The notes beneath the pieces were generated by a model that saw only the letters and a list, made by a program, of their open reading frames with translations, searched no databases and had not been told where the DNA came from. DNA of 64,000 nucleotides from the human T2T-CHM13v2.0 reference genome, Homo sapiens: the NCBI RefSeq assembly GCF_009914755.1, contig NC_060940.1. One strand, given 5' to 3'. Positions 14,331 through 28,423 of this stretch are shown here, one piece after another. The stretch's first letter is position 1; each line of letters opens with the position of its first letter. A program made the translations under genes and the position numbers.

Positions 14331-16327
14331 ATGGATACATGGATGGATGAAGTTGTACAAGCTCAAACCAGCTCAGATTGGAGGAAGCGTCTTACTTGAA
14401 GCCCCCTGTGACTATGTTGGGGCTTGTCTCCTACCATCTCACTGAAGGAGCCTATCTCCTAAGCTCTCTCCTAGACACCTGTATCGTTACTTTCCCCTCC
14501 CTTCCCAGCCTGAGCAGTGTCAGCGTCAGGAGCAAGATGATTGATGAAGTGTCAGCAGGGACACAACCAGCTGGGTGAGCAGGGGCTATATTGTAACCTG
14601 CAGCCAGGAGCTGCTCCCTTGAGATGGCCTTTGGGTACAACTCTATATGGCTTCCCAGCCTTTCTTCCAGCTGCAGGATCATCCTACCCCTGGGACTCCC
14701 TTATTGGTGTCCTCATTAGGCCAACCAATGCAAATTAACCCCTGATTCACAGATAGTGGGGATATACAGTCACCACGACACATATGGCCTCTGTCATCCA
14801 GTTTCACTCAGTCTAGAGAAAGAAAGAGATGAATAAACAGACCCTTTTAGTATAAAAGCTATGATGAAAGTGACATTTGAGGTGAAAACACTACAATATA
14901 ACAGCAGCAGAGAGAAAGGCACATCAGTCAAAGTCAAGGAAGGAAGGGACAGCTGGGCTCAGACTTGCAGGTAGACCAGGGCAAGGATGTTCAGGCAGAG
15001 GAAATGGGATAAACAAAGGCATGGTGGCCAAGAGAGCTAGATCCGTTCACTCAACACACAGGCAGGACTGCAACGGGTCTTGTGTATCCTGTGGATCTAA
15101 TCTATCCTTAGGCATCAGTCTGGGAAACATGAGTTCCGTCTTCTCCACTAATCTGGGAAGGAGGGTCAAGTGGTACCTCTGTCTCCACCTCCTCCAGGCC
15201 TACACAGTTTGTGACTGACATACTGAGCACCAGGTCTGCATCACCCACCTTATCACACGTGGGCACAGGATCTCTGCCGGGGGCAAGCGGTATGATGTGT
15301 CCTGGTCACGGTCTGGCTGGTGATTTGGTTACATCCAGACACGGAAGTCGACCTAGAATAACCTAAGACAAAGGCAGTCGTTTCTCTGGCTGACATTGTC
15401 AGAACGTTAAACAACCAAAAACAGCAACAAAGTGATGGGCCAAGCAGGCAAGTTTGGGAACAGCTTTAATGACTAATTTCTAATGAGAGTTTCAAAACAC
15501 TAATTTTCCAGAACAGAGAATCAAGTTGTGCTCATTTATAACCCGTCATCTGCAATGAGACAGAGGATATTTCTTTCTGTGTTGTCAGTTAACTTTCTGA
15601 GCTGGACAGAATACAAACTAGAAGAGGTGGGCCGTAAATCAGCTCCTTTGGAACTGATAAATGGATATTGTACAAATCCTGCATTTGCATTGGCTCTGAG
15701 GACATAAATCAATTCTCATGATCTTACTTTGGAAAAAAATTTCCCTTTGAAGTCAGACTGAGCGATTTATGTAGCATTCTTTCCTGACTTTATTTTTCTC
15801 AGCTTTTTAATGATTGTCTTTTCACTTTCTGCACTTACACAACATTGTAAAGTGTTGCATTTTCATGTAGAGAAAACTGGACCTTGGTCTGAATCTTCCC
15901 ACAAGGGATAATTTTATAACTTTTTTGCTCAGCCATTGAATAACAATTGCTTTTGGAAAGATTGTCATAATGTATCAGTTAGAAGGCACCTTAGAGACCA
16001 TCATTTCACATGACCTCTGTTTTTTAGATGGGGAAACTGAGGCCCAAGAGTGACAGTCATGTGCTGCAGGTCACAGGCCAAGTTTGTGACAAGACCGGGG
16101 TGTCTGTTCGGGTTTTGGAGAAACAAGGACCCTAGATAGGGTCCATTCATTCATTCATTTATTTATTTATTTGTTCATTCTCCAGACAAATCGTTATCTT
16201 GGCCCCTTCTGCTGCAGCCATTGCCACTAAGAAGGCAGGCCCTGCAGGGGAGACTCTGCACGTCTTTTGTTTGTTGAGTATTTGCTAAACGGGCAAAAAA
16301 TGGAAGAAAAATCAAAACATCACTGTT

Positions 16328-16625
<298 letters not shown>

Positions 16626-16771
16626 TCACCGTCCTTTTTTGGCGTTCTGTCAGTCAAGAGTATTCTGAAGACTATCGAGGGAGGAGTGTTTGGTTTGTGC
16701 CTTGTTTTGTTCTGTTTTAGCAGCCCTGGAAATCATGGATACCTCCCTTCCTTGAAGTTATCTTTCCCATG

Positions 16772-17058
16772 TATAACAGCTGTATTGATTTATGAGATAT
16801 AATTCACATACCGTACAATTCACCCATTTAAAATATACAATTCAATGGTTTTTAGTGTAGTCACAGAGTTGTGCAACCATCACCGCCCTCGATTTTAGAA
16901 CATTTTCAGCACCCTAAAGAGAAGCCCCATCCCCCTTAACCGTTAACGTGCTTCCTTCTCCCCACTGCTCTAGTGACCACTAACCAGCTTCCTGTCTCTG
17001 TGGGTTTGCCTAGTACGGACATTTCATCGGAATGAAATCAGCTAACATGTGATATCCT
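16772..17058 (-). mobile_element. L1MB-like 3' end
   Basis: 'gagatataattcacatacc..aattcacccatttaaa..tacaattcaatggtttttagt'. Confidence 0.8.
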
Positions 17059-18091
17059 TAATGGTTTTGTAGCAGAAAGACATCTACGTGGGAAGGGACG
17101 CTGCTGAGTGTTTAGAGAAAAGACACATTCATCATTTTATTGTATTTTCTCAACTTTAGAACAGTTTTCAAACATGTGGAAACGTTGGAAGAATTTTATA
17201 GCAAGCACCCTTTGCCCCATCACCGAGACTCTCCCAGCACATCTTCTTCTGCTTGCTTTATTTAGTGCACACCTATCCACCTGTTCCAGAGATCACCACT
17301 GCGGCAGTGGGTTCTCAAAGGAGAACCTTCCAACCTTCCCGCATTGAGAAAGAAAAATATCAGTTTTACTAAATGAAATATCAACATTGGAGATTTTATA
17401 AGCCGAGAATGTTAGTACATCAACATTAGAAGCCCTAAAAGATAAAATTGCATTCAAAGGCCAAAAAAGTCTTAGGCTTGCTAGCTCTCCAGGAAAGGCC
17501 TGTGTGTTCAGGACAGGAGGACTAAGGACCAAACAGGTTTGGGAATGACAGATCCCTTGACGGAACTGGCTGACAACTTTGCTCACCAGTCACAGCAGGG
17601 CAGCCCAGGGAGTGAACAGGGGCGTTGGCGGGGAGGGCAGCCATTCCCGCCCGCTGCTAATGGGCTCGCTTCTCAAAGGAGCTTTTGGGATTCAAGGGTT
17701 TAAGTATCAAGTTTGACTGATGGATTTGGAGGGAAGAATTGAAAACTGCCTGAGGGAAGGCGCTTTGCTTTTTCTTTTGTGAGGCAAAAGCTTTTGAAAA
17801 CTGTGACTGTACAAAGAGCCACAGCTCCTCTGAGGAGTCTGTTATGCGGCAACACATACTCAGATGTGGACAGCAGTGAGCACGCTGCCTGGAAAGGGGG
17901 AACAGCACCGCGGGCAGGCTTCAGAGCCACACACCACGTCTCTGTCTCAGAGTCTATCCTCGACCACAGGGTTTAAGTCCTTGATGTGCACACTGGGCCC
18001 TGGAGAGAAGGTGCCTGTTCTCACCGGCTGACCCCACAAGCCTGTGAGCCGTAAGCGGTGTGATTCGCTAACAGTTGAATGGCACTGGCTA

Positions 18092-18107
18092 TGTGTGTAT
18101 GTGTATG

Positions 18108-18146
<39 letters not shown>
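18092..18146. repeat. (TG)n microsatellite
   Basis: Direct reading. Confidence 0.95.
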
Positions 18147-18147
<1 letters not shown>

Positions 18148-18489
18148 GTGAAGATACATTTAGTTTGAGTCCCTATGAAGCGAGGAGAAAAGGTCTTGAC
18201 GAACAACAGTTCAATAGCTCCTGCCAATATGTGCAATGCAATTCTTTTTAGTGAGTGAATTAGGCTTGATAAGAACTACATTAAAGCTTCTGTTGGAAGA
18301 GGAATTCAAAATGCTCATCTTTGTAATTTACCCACTCAGTCACCAGTGTTTACCAAGTGCCAATGGAAGCCTGGAGAGAAGAGAAAGCAAAGATAAATAA
18401 GCGTGTCTCTCGGCCTTCAAAGCACTGTGCCCAGCAGGAAGGAAAGCACACAATTACGACATGCCGTTTTTATTGTATATATGTTTATA

Positions 18490-18568
18490 TATTAGGTTGG
18501 GCCATGTGAAATTGCTGATGTGACGGGTTTTGACGAGAGAAATGGCAACTGTGTGGTTCAACCTAATA
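18490..18568. mobile_element. MADE2 mariner MITE
   Basis: ~80 bp with terminal inverted repeats tattaggttg...caacctaata. Confidence 0.85.
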
Positions 18569-18576
18569 TTTAGATA

Positions 18577-18985
18577 GTATTGTCTTAGCTCAGGCTGCCA
18601 TAACCAAATACCACGGACTGGGCAGCTTGAATACAGACATGTATTACTCACAGTTCTGGAGGCTGGAAGTCCAAGATCGTGGTTCTAGCTGGTTCAGTCT
18701 CTGGGGAGGGCTCTCTTTCTGGCTTGCAGACAGCCACCTTCTTGCTGTGTCCTCATGTAGCCTCATTTCCTTGGGGCATGTACCTGGAGGGTGGGGATTA
18801 GGGAGCATACAGGGTCTCCTTTTATAAGGATACTCATCCTATCGGATCAGAGCTCCATCCTCATGACCTCATGTAACCTTAACTTCCTAAGGAGAGGCCC
18901 ACCTCCAAGTACTGCCACAATGGGGGTTAGAGTTCTATCAACATCCGAATTTGGGGGGAACAGCAACAAATGTTCAGTTCACAAG
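18577..18985 (-). mobile_element. MaLR solo LTR (MLT1A/MST-like)
   Basis: 'ggctgccataaccaaatacca...cacagttctggaggctggaagtccaagatc'. Confidence 0.8.
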
Positions 18986-19314
18986 TATAAAATGGATATA
19001 TTATTTATGTGCATATACATCATATACTGTTACATATCATAGATAAGACAAGCATATTATACATATGTGTATGTATATATAGTAAATATACCATCTATAG
19101 TAATAAGGTTTCACAAAGAAGAGAAAATGGAAATGTAGAGATATAAAGGAAATCATCTTTGTATTACTAGTCTTTTTATTGCCAAAAAAATTTTATTTGC
19201 AAAACAAATATAGGCTCATGGTAAAAATTTTAGCAACTGAGATAAGCAAAACTAAGAAAGATGTAAATCCCACTAGCCAGATACCACTACTCCTAAGACC
19301 CAGGTCAGACAGCG

Positions 19315-19545
19315 AGGCATCACTGTTAAGAGCATGGGCGCTATGGTTGGACAACTCTATCACTTACTAGCTGTGTGACCTGGAGCCAGCTACTTAGTCC
19401 CTCACCACCTCTGTTTCTTCATCTATATAATGGGTCAGTAATCCCACCCACATGAAGTTATTGTTAGACTTAAATAAGCTGACCCATGTAAAGTGCTTGG
19501 AAAGTCCCTGGCACAAAGCAAGTGCTCAATAAATATTATCTGTGA
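19315..19545 (+). mobile_element. MIR
   Basis: 'acttactagctgtgtgacc...gtaaagtgcttgg...aagtgctcaataaat'. Confidence 0.8.
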
Positions 19546-20404
19546 CTCTATTATTATCATCATCATGATCATAATTATTACCGCAACTGCCACTAGCATT
19601 CCCTTCCAAGGTATTTTCTCAGCCAGCAGCAGCAAATCGGTTTGGGATTGTATGTCAAGCCCTGTGAAAAAGAAGGGTTTGGCACACAGGGCTTCATACA
19701 AAGAGGGGTTTTGAAGCTGACCTGGCCATTGCCAAGTCATTACCGTGCTTGTGAGAAGGGGGCAGCGAGCCTGCCACATGTTTGCATGTGGACCCTCACG
19801 GTGCTATACACATACCTACCTACTATAAAGATTTACTTCGTATGTGTTGTCATCTTGTCATGCTGTGTTCATCATGGCTTTTAATGTCTACGTAGCATTC
19901 CATTATCACTTTTGATCAACAGTTCCCTGATTGATTTTTTATTTTTCTATAGTAAACATTGAAGGAGAAAATATAATTGTCGCTAAATATTTCAGCCAAA
20001 TAAGTCTGAGCTATGCATTATTCTAAGGCCCTCTCTCAGATCTTCACAATGCAAATCTGAGTATTAAAGGCTCTGAGAATTCTTGCGCAAAGGGGGACCT
20101 CATTTGATGTTATTAACCTGGCATTCCCCAGTTTTGGAATGTGCTCCCTATAGCTATTTCTTTAAGCTAAATAATTAGAGGAAGAATTTCTGGGTCAAAG
20201 AATATGTACAGTTCCAAGAGATTTTCATTTGTTTCCCTCTAGAATGTTGTTTTAGGAACTGACAAACTTGGAGATACCTCCTTCTGGGCTAAACTGTGAC
20301 TTTTTAAAATCACAATTCGATGAAAAGTTCAACACACTAAAATATACGGTGGTATTCTTTTAAAAAATTCATACAATTGAACCGGGTACAAAGAATCACC
20401 TGGG

Positions 20405-21515
20405 TTTTTTGTTTGTTTGTTTTTGTTTTGTTTTTGTTTTTTGGTTTTTGGTTTTTTTGAGCTTTTAGATTCAGGGGGTCCATGGGCAGGTTTATTACCT
20501 GGGTCTATTGCGTGTTGCTGAAGTTTGGGGTATGAGTGATCCCATCACCCAGACAGTGTGCATAGTACCCGATAGTTTTCAACCCTTACACCCCTTCCAT
20601 GCTCCCCCTTCTAGTAGTCCCCAATGTCTATTGCTCCCATCTTTGTGTCTGTGTGTACTCAATGTTTAGCTCCCACTTAGAACTGAGAACATGCAGTATT
20701 TGGTTTTCTGTCCCTGTGCTAATTCACTTAGGTTAATGGCCTCCAGCTGCATCCATGTTGCTGCAAAGAACACAATTTCATCCTTTTTCACAGCTGCATA
20801 GTATTCCATGGTATACGCACACTGCATTTTCTTTATCCATTCCACCATTGATGAGCACCTGGATTGGTTCCTTGTGCTTGCCATTGTGCATTGTGCTGTG
20901 ATAAACATACAAGTGCATGTGTCTTTTTGGCAAAACAATTTATCTTCTTTTGGATAAACACCCAGTAGTAGGATTGCTGAGTCAAATGGTAGTTCTGTTC
21001 TAAGTTCTTTGAGAAATCTCCAAACTGCTTTGGACAGGGGCTGAACTGATTTACATTCGCACCAACAGTGTATAAGAGTTCCCTTTTCTCTGTAACCTGG
21101 GCAGCATCTGTTATTTTTTTGACTTTTTAATAATAGCTATTCTGACTGGTGTGAGATGGTATCTCATTGTGGTTTTGATTTGCATTTCTCTGAGGATTAG
21201 TGACGTGGAGCATTTCTTCATATGTTTGTTGACCGCACGTATGTGTTCTTTTGCAAAGTGTCTGTTCATGTCTTTGACCATTTTGTAATGGGGTAGTTGT
21301 TTGCTTGTTGAGTTGTTAAAGTTACTTATAGATTCTGGATATTAGACCTTTGTTGGAAGCATAATTTGTGAATATTTCTTTCCATTCTATAGGTTGTCTG
21401 TTTATTCTGTTGATAGTTTCTTTGCCAATTTTTGTTTTTGGTGCAATTGCTTTTGGGGACTTTGTCATAAATTCTTTGCCAAGGTCAATGTGCAGATTGC
21501 TATTTCCTAGGTTTT
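20405..21515 (-). mobile_element. 5'-truncated primate L1 (L1PA15/16-like) with a GTTT tail
   Basis: L1 3' UTR and ORF2 C-terminus; ORF 20666-20938 contains 'YTMEYYAAVKKDEI'. Confidence 0.9.
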
Positions 21516-21814
21516 TTCCAGCTGGATTCTTTTCTCGTCTTCTGGCAAGTCAGTTTAGAAGAGGTTGATTTATTCAGAAAGTATCCATTTTCTTTTTCTA
21601 GACTTCAGACAGGAAAATGTAAAATGAGCAAAATTCTCGTGTATAAACTAGCTCAAAGGTTTGTGGAAGATTTAAATGCTGCATGACAGGTAGCAGGTAG
21701 TCGATAAATGCCAGTTGTGAATATTGCTTTTCAGATTAAATAACAAGGCTGAAAGTAAATGTTTTGGACAGGCTAGCTATTCTTCATACATCCAACCTAA
21801 AGGTAATCATCCTG

Positions 21815-22330
21815 GTTTATTTATTTATTCAAAAAATATTGAAAAATTCACACTGTGAGCCGGGTCCTAACTAGCCCTGAGGATAGCAGTGAACGAGACA
21901 GTGTGGAGTTTCCATTCTAGTGGGAAGACCGGCAATGAACAAGCCAATGAATGTCTGATCACACAACCGGTGTGATTACAGCTTACAGCTCTTTCCCATG
22001 GGAGAGTCAACAGCTTAATGGGATGGAGAGTAACTGGAGAAGGCCACCTTAGATGGGCTGGTTAGGAGGGAGATGATGTGTGATCTGAAGAGTGATAATG
22101 AACCAGCCAAGGGGAGAGGTGAGGGGGAGAAACCAACAGCTAATGCAAAGGCTGGGACGATGGGAGAGCCTGGCTAGCTTTGGACTGGGGAACAGGGTGA
22201 GTTGATGGTGGGAGGTGAGCAGGGATCAGTCCCCAAAGCCACAAAGGTTTTGAAGCCTGAAAGGGACATGACGTACATTTTTTAAATCTCACTCTCCTGT
22301 TCTGTGAGCAACAGAATAGAGGACCCGGAA
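21815..22330 (-). mobile_element. L2 fragment
   Basis: 'tttatttattca...gagtttccattctagtggg...ggttttgaagc'. Confidence 0.6.
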
Positions 22331-24019
22331 ACTGTAGTAGGGTTCTGTTTCTACACTAGTGCTAATGTAGAACCTCCTACATCCAGAAAGATGATAGCAG
22401 AGCTGAGCCACATTCTTCCTGGCAACTGATGTTCCCACACGTAGAAACAGCTGGCATCCTCATACAGAGGGAGGCTTGCAGGCCCAGGATACATCTCATC
22501 CCCCTTGCTAATCTCAGTACTTGACACCCCTGACCTCACCAGGGGCACCAAACCCAACTGCTTCCTGCAGGGATTCAGCTGCACTTGTCATCACAGAGCC
22601 TTGAAATCCCTGGGGATATCAACTCCTTGGAATTCCAGGCTGCTCTTCCACTTGCTTCTGACACATTGACTTTTCTGCCCATTCACTCACCCATCTTTAA
22701 CCAAGGCCTGTATGGCCAGACATGAGGCCACTCACTGCCTACATGAAGAGGGAAAGACAAAGTGTATCCCTGGGAGCTCACTACCTTGTGTGAAAATTAC
22801 AACATCAGATAGTAAATGCCTTGGTGAAGATACGCATCCCAAGGGCAGGAAGCTCCCCACCTTGATCACTGCAAACTCCCCAGTCCCTAACAGAGTACTG
22901 GGAAGATAGAAGGTGGTCAAAGCATATGTATGGAATGAACACTGGAAATCAGTACACAGGGCTGGGAATGTGTGATTCTGAGCACTCCGTGATGGAAATA
23001 ACCCTCCAGCTCCTTCACAGAACAGCCAGCAGCATCACCTGTTTTGGTGATGGTGCCTCCGGATGATGATCCGTGAGCGCACACTGGACTCGTGCTCCTG
23101 GGTGAGCTCTCTCCTTGTGAAACCCAGATGCTTCTGTCTCCCAGGGACCCTGCAGCCCTCCCGGTAACCTGGCCTCCATCACGAATGCAGTCTCTATAGA
23201 CGGTTGTCTATTAGGATGCCACTGGAGAGGGAGGTCCCGTCATCACCTAAGCTAAGCACAGCTGCCTCTAAGTACCTCCTTGCTTGGCAGCTGGCCAGAC
23301 CACATTCACTGACCTTCAAGTCATAATGCGAGGCTCAGCCATCTATCTCACTGTGGTCCCCGCTGCAGCTGGCTTCATTTATTGACTTCTTGAAAGTGCC
23401 AATATCCATGCTCAGCTTGGTCTGAGCTGGACTCAGAGACCCAGGTGCCAGAGCAAAGGCCATGGTGTGTCGGTTAATCACCCAATAAAAATAAACTCTG
23501 AGAACAAACACAGAGGGGTGATTAACTTTCCCATTCTGGTCTTCTGACATCCCGGTTTGCTCTCCCAGTGAGCCTGTTTCTTTGAGATAAACCACCCTGG
23601 GAAACTGATCACCTGTCCAGACACCACCATGCCTTGGCGTAAGTGGACAAAAGTGGAACGTGACCTGCAAGCAGCGCAGCCTGAGACTTAGGCAGAGAGC
23701 CCCCTGCCCCAGGTTCCATGCTGCTGAGGGCCTTATCAGAAACTCTGAAGCAGAGCACCAGACTATTTTATTCTGCTTTTTGCTCTTGTAATAAAGTGTT
23801 ATTAGTGTTTAGTCACCAGATTAAACCCCAAAGCCTTACCTCCCCTCCTGTGACCATCCATGTACTCCAAATCATGAACCAAAAAACAGGGACCACCAAC
23901 AGCCCTTACCAAAAGAAGACTGGAAGCACAAAAAAGCAACTTACCATGAATCAATTTAAAGTGAAGACCAAAGTGTGACTCAAAACTGAAAAAATATATG
24001 TATTTGGTTAAGATGTAAT

Positions 24020-24511
24020 TGTTACCAAAGCACCAGGGGTTTGGTCTGGGTCCTGCTGTTCACTGCACAGAAAGCCAATCACTGAGATAAGACAAAAGCC
24101 AGGGAAGAAGGCTTTAATCGGGTGCTGCTGCAGCCAAGGAAATGGGAGGTCAGTCTCAAATCCATCTCTGAAATGAGGGGTTGATGCACCAGAGAGGAAA
24201 TGTAACCGTGTTTGGGAAAACATGGATGAAATTGGAAATCATCATTCTCAGTAAACTATCGCAAGGACAAAAAACCAAACACCGCATGTTCTCACTCATA
24301 GATGGGAATTGAACAATGAGAACACATGGACACAGGAAAGGGAACATCACACTCTGGGGACTGTTGTGGGGTGGGGGAAGGGGGGAGGGATAGCATTAGG
24401 AGATATACCTAATGCTAAATGACGAGTTAATTGGTGCAGCACACCAGCATGGCACATGTATACATATGTAACTAACCTGCACATTGTGCACATGTACCTT
24501 AAAACTTAAAG

Positions 24512-24555
<44 letters not shown>

Positions 24556-24830
24556 CAGGGATTAAAGCGGGGCAAGGAAGAGAAGTTGGTCAGTAGGAAG
24601 CAGGTGGTCCTTTAGGCAATCCTGATGGATGAGGGGTCTGGCTCCTCATTATCCAGAGGCAGTGGTCTGGTAAGTTTCAGCTCCTTGATTTTATCTGGGA
24701 GACCTGATGGTTGGCTTCTTGAGAAAGGAACTCAGATAAGACAATTGTAACTTTCTCAAGTTTTAAAGTCTGGAAGGAACAATTTCTGTGGTTATTCAAA
24801 AAAAAAAAAAACATAAGCGTCAGTTCTGTG
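24020..24830 (-). mobile_element. ERV1 (MER4-group) solo LTR interrupted by an L1
   Basis: Starts 'tgttacc', contains 'gcacagaaagccaatcactgaga' and 'ggctttaat'; LTR-like sequence resumes after the L1 tail. Confidence 0.65.
24220..24553 (+). mobile_element. Young 5'-truncated L1 (L1PA2-4, probably L1PA3) with a (TAA)13 tail
   Basis: Near-consensus L1PA 3' end 'ggatgaaattggaaatcatcattctcagtaaactatcgcaagg...aaaacttaaagtataataat'. Confidence 0.92.
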
Positions 24831-25234
24831 GGACAATTTGATCACTTTATTTTGGAGAAAAAAATGATGAACAGAAGTTTGTTTATAAGTTTAACCCCAA
24901 TAATAGGCTAGTCTCACAGTGAACACAGATGAACCAAGAATTGCTTTGCTTTTGACATAATTTTTACAACATCCCACGGCAGTACATGCCAAACTTCACC
25001 TTGTGCTCAGCTTATGCCCCGCATTTATAAAGAGATTGTCTTTCCTAACCATTCGAGGGTTTTGTCCATTTCCCAAAGGACCTCTCCCCAGTCCTTTGCC
25101 AGTCAAATCACTCTTTCGAAGCAGTTGTAAATCCACTGTCCTTTCTCTTCTTCAATCATTGATTCCCTTCTCTCCATTGCGTTTTCACTTGTCATGGATT
25201 TACTTATGATTCCTTTTTTTCTTCTTGTATTGCT

Positions 25235-25460
25235 TTACTTGTAATTAGCAAATAATAATTGTATATATTTATGAGGCATAATGTGATGGTTTGGTCTTTG
25301 TATACATAGAAACTTTGATCAACATCTCCCCCTTCTTCAGCCCTCTCCCTGCTGCCATGAATTTGACTCTTTTAGATTCCACAGATACATGAAATAATAA
25401 AGTATGTGTCTTTCTGGGCTTGGCTTATTTCACTTAGCGTAATTCTTATACTCTGAGTAT
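25235..25460 (-). mobile_element. L1MA-like 3' fragment
   Basis: 'aataataattgtatatatttatg...ttttagattccaca...ggcttatttcacttagc'. Confidence 0.7.
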
Positions 25461-27439
25461 CCTCGTAGAACCCTACATCTTTTGTGAGATTGACAGTCAT
25501 ACTTTGTGCTGGACTGGTGCATCTTTGGGATGGTTTTGTCACTGGGCGATAACTCATGAGGTCTGCTGACCAGGTAGATACCAGGAGTAAGCAGGATATT
25601 TGGCTGCAAGAGAGAATTATAGGCCTGGTCGGGAGTTCATTCAGGATGTTGTAAATGGAATACTGGGGTGATGAGCAGTCCTTGTGGGTCTTGTTCATAT
25701 TTGTATATATTCAGGCCTAGGAATGCAGGGAAAAAAGGGATAAAACACACTGAATGAAAAGAGTGTGAACAAATGGATGAAGAGCCTCACACCAAGGAAA
25801 GCTTACGTTGCTACCAACTGGTACCAAACTCCAAGTCGTCCTGTTCTTTTCCAAGCGCCATTTCTACTGCTTAGAAAAAGCCACCCAATCTGGATACATG
25901 GATGTAGCAAATTTAACCCTAGACCTAGATTACCTATAGGATGAGACTTGATCAGTCATTAATAATGATAATGAAAATTAATCATGAAAGCTGTCTTGTG
26001 GTTGCACCTTAAAGCATCTGTGTAATGCTTTTACCCATACTAAGAGTGTTCAATCCCTGTTTTCACCTAGGATTGATAAGTGTGTTTCTGGATTTCAGAA
26101 ATCGGATAGCTTCTGAAGTCTCAGCCTGTTAATATGGTAACTAAATATGTTAAGGTCCTAGTCTCTCAATGTTTAATTACTGTTTAATTTTTTATTTCCT
26201 AATTTACTCAATGTGTATGATATTGTTAAATTTGTGGCTTTATACCCTGAATCTCTTTGTCTGTATTTCTCTGTATTGCTTGGCAGTCAATTTGGTCAAA
26301 AGCAACAACGAAATGACCCTTACGAAGTGTCAAATGTCCCTTTATGTGAGATATAAATGTCTTTGCAAAGACACTTATAAAGTTGTGAAGACGTTGTTTC
26401 CTTACTCTAATAGCTGCTGTATTCACGTAGGTTTCAAAAATGGGGTGGGGGAGGGCAGTGGCAGTGAGCGCCTAGCGGAAACTATGTCAATCACCCCTGG
26501 AAATAAATCTGCAAAATGGACTAGCAAGCCCTGACTAGGAAGAGCCCGGCCACAGCAAAATCTTATTGCAGGCACAAAAAGGTCCTATTGCAGCAGTTGG
26601 GAGACCTTTGGTAAATTCTAACAAAGAATTAATGGCCTCGAACAAGACGCCCGGTATGACCTTTGCCAGAAGAAACTAGGAGCAGACTTGCTTGCCTGGA
26701 ACAGGTGGTGAGGAGGTTTTCAGAGAAGATGTGTGCAGTCCCTGGCAAGTAGCTGGTGCCCAGGAAATGTCAGTTCCATTGTTTGCCAGGGAAGGCTCGG
26801 TGCACGTGGGGCTCACACACAAAGGAAGAGGTTAGAGAGTCCGCAGAAAAGGGTGGGAGCTCAAAACAGTGGTTCTTAGGCGTTTGTCTGCAGGCACGCT
26901 GGTAATTCATGCTGACCATGCCCACAATCAGTGGCACCTAGCTGTGGCCCCACCCCTTTCCTGCCCACTATTGAAAGTGACTACATGGCAAAGAGCGCCT
27001 ATTTCCTAGACTAAATCATTCTCAGACTTAAGTTATTAGTGAGCGCTGTTAGACTCAAGTTCCTTGATATCTACATCACAACTGAGTAGTTTATCTCAGT
27101 GGTAAGTCTCGAAGTTTGACTTCGAAGTTACTAAGAGCCTTCCAATAAAAGAACAGTTTAAGCCAATATTGTTTCACCATTGATAGTGATGAAGATATTA
27201 AATTCACACACATGTGCTGTGTGATTTTAAACCTTTCTCAAATGTGTATGATTTTTATAAGCAGAAATATAATTTTAAGAAAGCTTTATATCTATGTAAT
27301 AGGGTTCTTTTTTTTTTGGGAAATATTGCCATCCTGTAAATTCCAGTCCTATGTTCCTGAGTTATTCCCCACTAAGGAAAGCCCAGCTGTGGGACATAGA
27401 CCTGGTTTCCACCTCAGAGTTTAAATCATTATTCTCAGA

Positions 27440-27562
27440 ATGGTGGTTCTCAAACTTTGGTGAATCAGAGCCACCTGGAAAACATGTTAAAAATGGAAAG
27501 GTCCCATCATATCATCAACAGCCCTGATCATTCTGATACACACCCAAATTGGAGAACCAGTG
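27440..27562. mobile_element. MER5-like hAT-Charlie MITE
   Basis: Terminal repeats 'gtggttctcaaact' and 'ttggagaaccagtg'. Confidence 0.65.
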
Positions 27563-28423
27563 GCACAAACAAATGCCCAACCCTCGTGGGCTATTCACAA
27601 GGCAAACAAAAATCAAGCTATGCTTGGGAGGCAGAGATCCACATTGGAACCACACTTCTGCTGCTGGAAAGCTGCATGACTCAGGCAACCTCCTAGACCA
27701 CTCTGAGTCTTTGTTTTCTCATGTGTAAAATAAGGTGGTAATATCTACCTCCCAGGTTGATGAGGCAATGGCAGACAGTAATGTATATGAATACATACAT
27801 CGTACGCCACCTCCTCAGTGATCAATGAATGTGCGCTTCCAGTTGTAGACACAACAGCAGAAAGTTAATGCTGAAAAATAGGAAAACACTCACAATGCAT
27901 GATTTACGATGTGAGGGAGCCTGCTGGCATGGCCCTTGTCACGAGAGTAATTAAATAACCATTTGTGTAATTACTAATTTATATCCTGTCTCCCTGCTGG
28001 AGTGTAAGTTCCAAAAACTGGAGGGAATACACTGCTGTCTTCCCAACACCAAGCGCGGTGCCTGGCATGAAACAGACACCCAGCAAATGTTTATTCCAAA
28101 TGAGCGAGTGAACAGTACGTCACATTAAAAACGTGCGTGTTTATGTATACATCGATACATAGGCTGGAAGCCTCTAGGCAAAAATGTTAATAGTGCTTAT
28201 CTCTGGAAGTGGATTAGGGTGATTTTAATTTTTTTCTTTTTTCTCCTCCGTATTGTCTGAATTTTCTGCAATTAACACAGAGGACCAAACTAGCATTTCC
28301 TTGGGTAAATGCGAGTGGAGTTGGAGCCACCCCCTACCACTGTGCCTACAAGAGCATGTTTTCTTGTGATTCCAGCTTCCTTGGGGGTTTCAATATGTAG
28401 TCTCTAGAATTAAAAGGGTTTTG

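Noticed and set aside
13522-14366. Long His/Pro-rich ORFs (272, 241, 153 and 105 aa) on the minus strand
   Set aside because: They are translations of the 19-bp minisatellite, open in several frames because the repeat lacks stops on that strand.
25372-25698. 108-aa ATG-initiated antisense ORF
   Set aside because: It ends inside an L1 remnant, has no recognisable domain, and its length is within chance expectation. Ribo-seq would be needed to revisit it.
27102-27131. Small hairpin gtaagtctcgaagt-ttg-acttcgaagttac
   Set aside because: The stem is too short and imperfect for a miRNA or MITE call, and is plausible by chance.
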